64,000 nucleotides of DNA from contig CAVXOY010000020.1 of the NCBI GenBank assembly GCA_963763495.1, positions 24,213 to 88,212 of the forward strand, written 5' to 3'. Positions within the stretch are counted from its first letter, which is position 1. Each line of letters begins with the position of its first letter. Positions 60,297-64,000 of this stretch are shown piece after piece. The notes under the pieces were generated by a model that did not search any database, was not told where the DNA came from, and saw only the letters and a list, made by a program, of their open reading frames with translations. This stretch comes from an uncultured Chloroflexia bacterium (lineage in GTDB: Bacteria; Chloroflexota; Dehalococcoidia; DSTF01; JALHUB01). A program made the translations under genes and the position numbers.

Positions 60297-60719
60297 CTAC
60301 TGGGCTGTGAAGGGCAGCGTCTTCTCGTTGACCTGGATCGTGTACTCAGTGCCCGCCTCGAAGTCGCTGCCCAGATCGATTATCTCCTCATGCTGACCGT
60401 AGACCTGAGTGCAAATGACGTTCGGGTCACTGGGGACGCGGTTCAGGACGCGAATGTTGATCTTCGTTCCGTCCCGGGTTAGCTCGTAGCTGTCGTACTC
60501 GTGGCACCCGTTGGGAAGGCCGGAGACGACGCGGAGCGCGTACTGAGGTGGGAACGACTCCCGGATCTGCAGATCCAGGTCATCGATCGGCGCCGCAACG
60601 AGTGTGTAGTCTTGGGAGTTGTTGTCCTCCTCATCGCCGCCGCTGCCACACCCGACAGCCAGAGCCGACGCGAGAGCGCCGACAACCAGCAGTAGCCCCA
60701 GCCTGAGGATCGTTCTCAT
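60297..60719 (-). CDS. Lipoprotein of unknown function
   Basis: LAVGC lipobox; ESFPPQ...GLPNGC...CTQ domain. Confidence 0.75.
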   Translation of the reverse strand: MRTILRLGLLLVVGALASALAVGCGSGGDEEDNNSQDYTLVAAPIDDLDLQIRESFPPQYALRVVSGLPNGCHEYDSYELTRDGTKINIRVLNRVPSDPNVICTQVYGQHEEIIDLGSDFEAGTEYTIQVNEKTLPFTAQ

Positions 60720-60918
60720 TCTGCGCTGCCTCCTGCTCCTTCGTATTATTGACGCTGCGACGCGTCCCCTTGTTCCATCCTCAGACCAGTATCTCGGAGA
60801 GCGGGCCGGCTGGCAAGAGGAGAGCGCTGCCGCGAGTACCCCTTGGCCCGCCCGTTTGCGACTTACGTCAATTCCTGTTAGATTTGTCTTTCCTGTTCCT
60901 TTAGAAAGCCGAGGCACG

Positions 60919-61794
60919 ATGCAAGGCGTCAAACCCGATATCGACTACAAGATCGAGCAGTTCCCGCTCTTGGACGAGCGCCAGACCTGCTTCTACCTTC
61001 ACCGCACCGAAGACGCGATGATCGAGGCTGTGGGGCGCATCGGCGGCCCCGGCGCTCGATATGCCCGCCTGCTCGATGTCGGCTGTGGCCTCGGCATGCA
61101 GGCGGCGAAGACCTGGCGGCGGGGTTGGGAGGCGCACGGCATGGATGCCTCCGAATCGATGCTCCGGCTGGGCCAGTATCAGTCGCACACAGTCCACAAG
61201 CACATTCCGGTCATCCGGGGCATCGCCGAGTCGCTGCCCTACCGCGACTGCACCTTCGACCTCGTGATGTGCCAAGGAGCCATGGACCACTTCGCCGACG
61301 CCGACAAGTTCTTTGCCGAGGCGACGCGCGTGTTGAAGCCGGGTGGTTGCCTCGTTATTGCCCTCGCCAACTATGAGAGTCTCTCCTGCCGCATCGGCCA
61401 CACCTTCCACAAGTTGGTGGGACGGATAGGGGTGCGAACACCCGCCAACTTCCGCTTCTGGGAGATTCCTGACGACCACACCTTCAGGGGCAGCTACCGC
61501 TTCCTGAAAAAGCTGGGGCGCGGGCGACTAAGGCTGGTCAAGATGCACGGCGCCTCCATGTTCCTCTTCCTTCCGCCCTGGCGTGGCCTGTTGGAGGCGC
61601 TGTCTTTCGGCGCGTCACGCGCCACCTTCCGGGTCGTCGACCGCATAGCCTATCGCCTGCCTGTCGCCGCGGATGTCATCATCGCCGTCTGGCGCAAGGA
61701 CGAGTCGGCTAGCCGGAGAGGGAACTGGCGAAGCGCTCTGGCTGAGTGGAAGAGACGAAGTAACGGCGTACCTTCTTATCTTGCGCAACCGTGA
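60919..61794 (+). CDS. Class I SAM-dependent methyltransferase
   Basis: LLDVGCGLG, GMDASESML, AESLPYRDCTFDLV, RVLKPGG. Confidence 0.9.
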   Translation: MQGVKPDIDYKIEQFPLLDERQTCFYLHRTEDAMIEAVGRIGGPGARYARLLDVGCGLGMQAAKTWRRGWEAHGMDASESMLRLGQYQSHTVHKHIPVIRGIAESLPYRDCTFDLVMCQGAMDHFADADKFFAEATRVLKPGGCLVIALANYESLSCRIGHTFHKLVGRIGVRTPANFRFWEIPDDHTFRGSYRFLKKLGRGRLRLVKMHGASMFLFLPPWRGLLEALSFGASRATFRVVDRIAYRLPVAADVIIAVWRKDESASRRGNWRSALAEWKRRSNGVPSYLAQP

Positions 61795-62203
61795 TCTCGA
61801 CGCCCCCGGAGACGCCCGGCATGCTGTAAGCCCGCCGTCCTCCCGTCGAAAAGCGGATACCCCAGCCGCCGTAGGGCAGCCAGTTGTACCGCTTCACCTC
61901 GCAGGCCTGGATCGACGCCAGCGGCAGCGATTTGCGGAACCTGCCGAAGCCAAACTCCACCCTCTCATCTGTCACCGTGATCCTGAGCCGCCGGAAGCTA
62001 TACGCTACGACTACGAGGGCTAGCAGCAGAACCGCCATCGCCGGATAGTAGGTCGCGTACCATGCCCAGCCTTGGGCGTTGTCCAGCAGCGGGCCGGCGA
62101 TCCCCACGATGATGCCGCCGATCCCGACGATCATAATCGCCCACAACCATGCCGGCATGGGGACATCCTCCTGGTACCTGTATGAGCGCATCTCGCTTAC
62201 CAC
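61709..62203 (-). CDS. Membrane protein, 2 TM plus PH-like domain
   Basis: Two hydrophobic helices, YGGWGIRF, RYFVSSTQPERF. Confidence 0.7.
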   Translation of the reverse strand: MVSEMRSYRYQEDVPMPAWLWAIMIVGIGGIIVGIAGPLLDNAQGWAWYATYYPAMAVLLLALVVVAYSFRRLRITVTDERVEFGFGRFRKSLPLASIQACEVKRYNWLPYGGWGIRFSTGGRRAYSMPGVSGGVEITVAQDKKVRRYFVSSTQPERFASSLSG

Positions 62204-62331
62204 GCCGCTCCTCCTCAGTAGCGATGGTACAGCCTGTCTCGCCGGTGTCAATACCACACCCGCCGCCGGACGCTCCTCCTCCTGCCCTGTGCTATCATAA
62301 GAAACGGAGACGCTATTCAAAGGACGGCGCC

Positions 62332-62701
62332 ATGGAACGGGAACGCTTCGAGGAATTGGTGGAGCAGGCGCTCCTCGACCTGCCTGAGGAGATTCCAGGA
62401 GAAGCTATCCAACGTCGACGTAGAGGTAGAGGACTACCCCAGCCCCGACGACCTGCGCGCCGCGCGGGCTCGATCGGGTCAGACCCTCCTCGGCCTCTAT
62501 CGCGGCGTCCCGCTCACCCGCCGCGGCCTCGGCTACAACATGGTGCCGCCCGATCGTATCATCATCTTCCAGCGCCCTATCGAGCGCACCTGCCGCAGCG
62601 ATGAAGAGATCGTGGAGCGGGTGGGCCACGTCGTCCGCCATGAGATCGCCCATCACTTCGGCATCGACGACGACGCGCTGCGCCGGATGGGGGCCTACTA
62701 A
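62332..62701 (+). CDS. Minimal zincin metallopeptidase (DUF1025-like), frameshifted near 62391
   Basis: FEELVEQALLDLPEE, then LSNVDVEVED...LLGLYRGVPLT...PDRIIIFQRPI...HEIAHHFGIDD. Confidence 0.85.
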
Positions 62702-62703
62702 CG

Positions 62704-62943
62704 ATGAATGACCAGCGCGACGACGACAGCGACGAACTCGACGGCGGCGACGGCGACGGCATTTGGGAGCTTGACCCCAACGACCCCAGCCATCCCGACT
62801 TCGATCTGTCAGAAGCAGCCGGTTACACCGACTATGACCAGAGGCGGCGTCTGTTTACCCTGCCCCGCTGGCTCCTCCTGCTCGTGACCATCATCGTCAT
62901 AGTCGCCCTGCTCTGGCCGTTCTGGTGGCGCATCCTCACCTGA
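62704..62943 (+). CDS. Small acidic protein with C-terminal TM helix
   Basis: 2 nt after the peptidase stop; WELDPNDPSHPDFDLSEAAGY plus hydrophobic tail. Confidence 0.6.
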   Translation: MNDQRDDDSDELDGGDGDGIWELDPNDPSHPDFDLSEAAGYTDYDQRRRLFTLPRWLLLLVTIIVIVALLWPFWWRILT

Positions 62944-62969
62944 CCGTCGTCAACGAGGCCCTTAACCCT

Positions 62970-64000
62970 CTACACCACCTTCTGCTTCCATGTGCCGGCG
63001 TTGAAGCGCAGCCATACCAGCGCCCCCCGCGTGCTCTGCTCGGCGACGGCGCCAACCCAAGCGCCCGGCGCTCCCCAGCCAACAAAGTGCACGAATAGGA
63101 AGGCCACCGGTATGCGCACCGTCCAGGCGGTGACGGTGAGCACCCCAAGCACATAACGCACATCGCCGGCGCCGCGGAGTGCCCCCGAAAGAGCAGTCCC
63201 CGTGCCCATGAGGGGGAAAGCCAAGGCGAAGACGCGGAGGCAGTTGGTGCCGATATCGACCACTTCGTCGTCATCGACAAAGACGCCGACTATCCAGGGG
63301 GCGAGCACGGCCAGCCCGACCCCCAGCGTCACCATGGTGATCACTGCCCACTTCTGAGTCTCCCTGCCCGTGCGCTCCGCCAGGTCGGGAAGGCCGGCGC
63401 CCAGGCACTGACCGACAATGGCGGTTCCGGCGGTGCCCAGCGCGAAACCGGGCACCTGCGCGATCTCCAGGGCCCTCATTGAGATCGTGTGGGCGGCGGT
63501 GGCGGCCGTCCCCAAGCCGGTGATCATGCGCGAGTAGATGAGGAAGGCGAGCATGAACTGCAGTTCCTCTAGACCGACGGGGATGCCTATGTTCAGCAGC
63601 CTCCGGGCCTCCTGGCGGCCGAAACTCAGAGCCTGCAGAGGGTTGAAGTGGATCGGCTCATTGCCTTTGATGAGCGCGCCCACCGCTAGCACTCCCCCGA
63701 CGAGCCCGGCGCTTGCCACCCCGGCCCCCGCCGCTATGACTCCCAACTTCGGCAGCCCGGCCACACCGCTGATAAGTAAGAAGGCGACGACCGCATTCAC
63801 GAGGTTGGAGATGACCAGTATGAGCATCGGCGTCTTGGTGTTTCCCACGCCCCGCAGGCAGCCGTTTCCCGCATACATGAGCGCCAGGAAGGGCAGCCCC
63901 AGGCAACTCACCTGGATGTAGTCGACCCCCGGGCCGAGCACATCCTTGCGTGCCGCCATTACCTGCATCAGGGGGTGCGCCGTCGGCAGCAGTAAGACCG
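62970..64000 (-). CDS. MATE family efflux transporter (5' end outside the window)
   Basis: LRGVGNTKTPM, VGQCLGAG, ALRGAGD, multi-TM. Confidence 0.92.
   Translation of the reverse strand, partial: VLLLPTAHPLMQVMAARKDVLGPGVDYIQVSCLGLPFLALMYAGNGCLRGVGNTKTPMLILVISNLVNAVVAFLLISGVAGLPKLGVIAAGAGVASAGLVGGVLAVGALIKGNEPIHFNPLQALSFGRQEARRLLNIGIPVGLEELQFMLAFLIYSRMITGLGTAATAAHTISMRALEIAQVPGFALGTAGTAIVGQCLGAGLPDLAERTGRETQKWAVITMVTLGVGLAVLAPWIVGVFVDDDEVVDIGTNCLRVFALAFPLMGTGTALSGALRGAGDVRYVLGVLTVTAWTVRIPVAFLFVHFVGWGAPGAWVGAVAEQSTRGALVWLRFNAGTWKQKVV

Noticed and set aside
61709-61794. 86-nt convergent overlap between the methyltransferase and membrane protein genes
   Set aside because: The overlapping tail has no domain features; simple stop-codon drift or an indel error explains it.

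Overview
GC-rich core-genome segment, most likely from a Chloroflexota (Dehalococcoidia-like) bacterium; this is inferred from gene content and the lineage-type insertions in RpoB/RpoC. It carries holB, lysA, CIRCE-controlled groES-groEL, tsaD, larB-larC, radC, a tRNA(Thr-Tyr-Thr)-tuf-rpmG-secE-nusG-rplK-rplA-rplJ-rplL cluster, a PIN/TRAM-ispD-ispF-cysE-cysS operon, rpoB-rpoC, thrB-aspartokinase, dnaE and a MoxR-DUF58-transglutaminase operon. Two tandem GAF-GGDEF diguanylate cyclases are also present. I found no CRISPR array, transposase, integrase or prophage gene. About 14 genes, including the essential rpoC, are broken by frameshifts that can be repaired by removing extra bases, which points to long-read consensus errors rather than pseudogenes. 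Best leads: (1) a structured, Cys-codon-containing leader with an anti-Shine-Dalgarno in front of cysE-cysS, where Firmicutes have a T-box; (2) a promoter-leader-terminator unit in front of the PIN/TRAM-isp-cys operon; (3) a transglutaminase-like protein with all three catalytic residues replaced; (4) a membrane-anchored PP2C-like pseudo-phosphatase; (5) an L10 tail long enough for four L12-dimer sites. None of these has been verified by computation.
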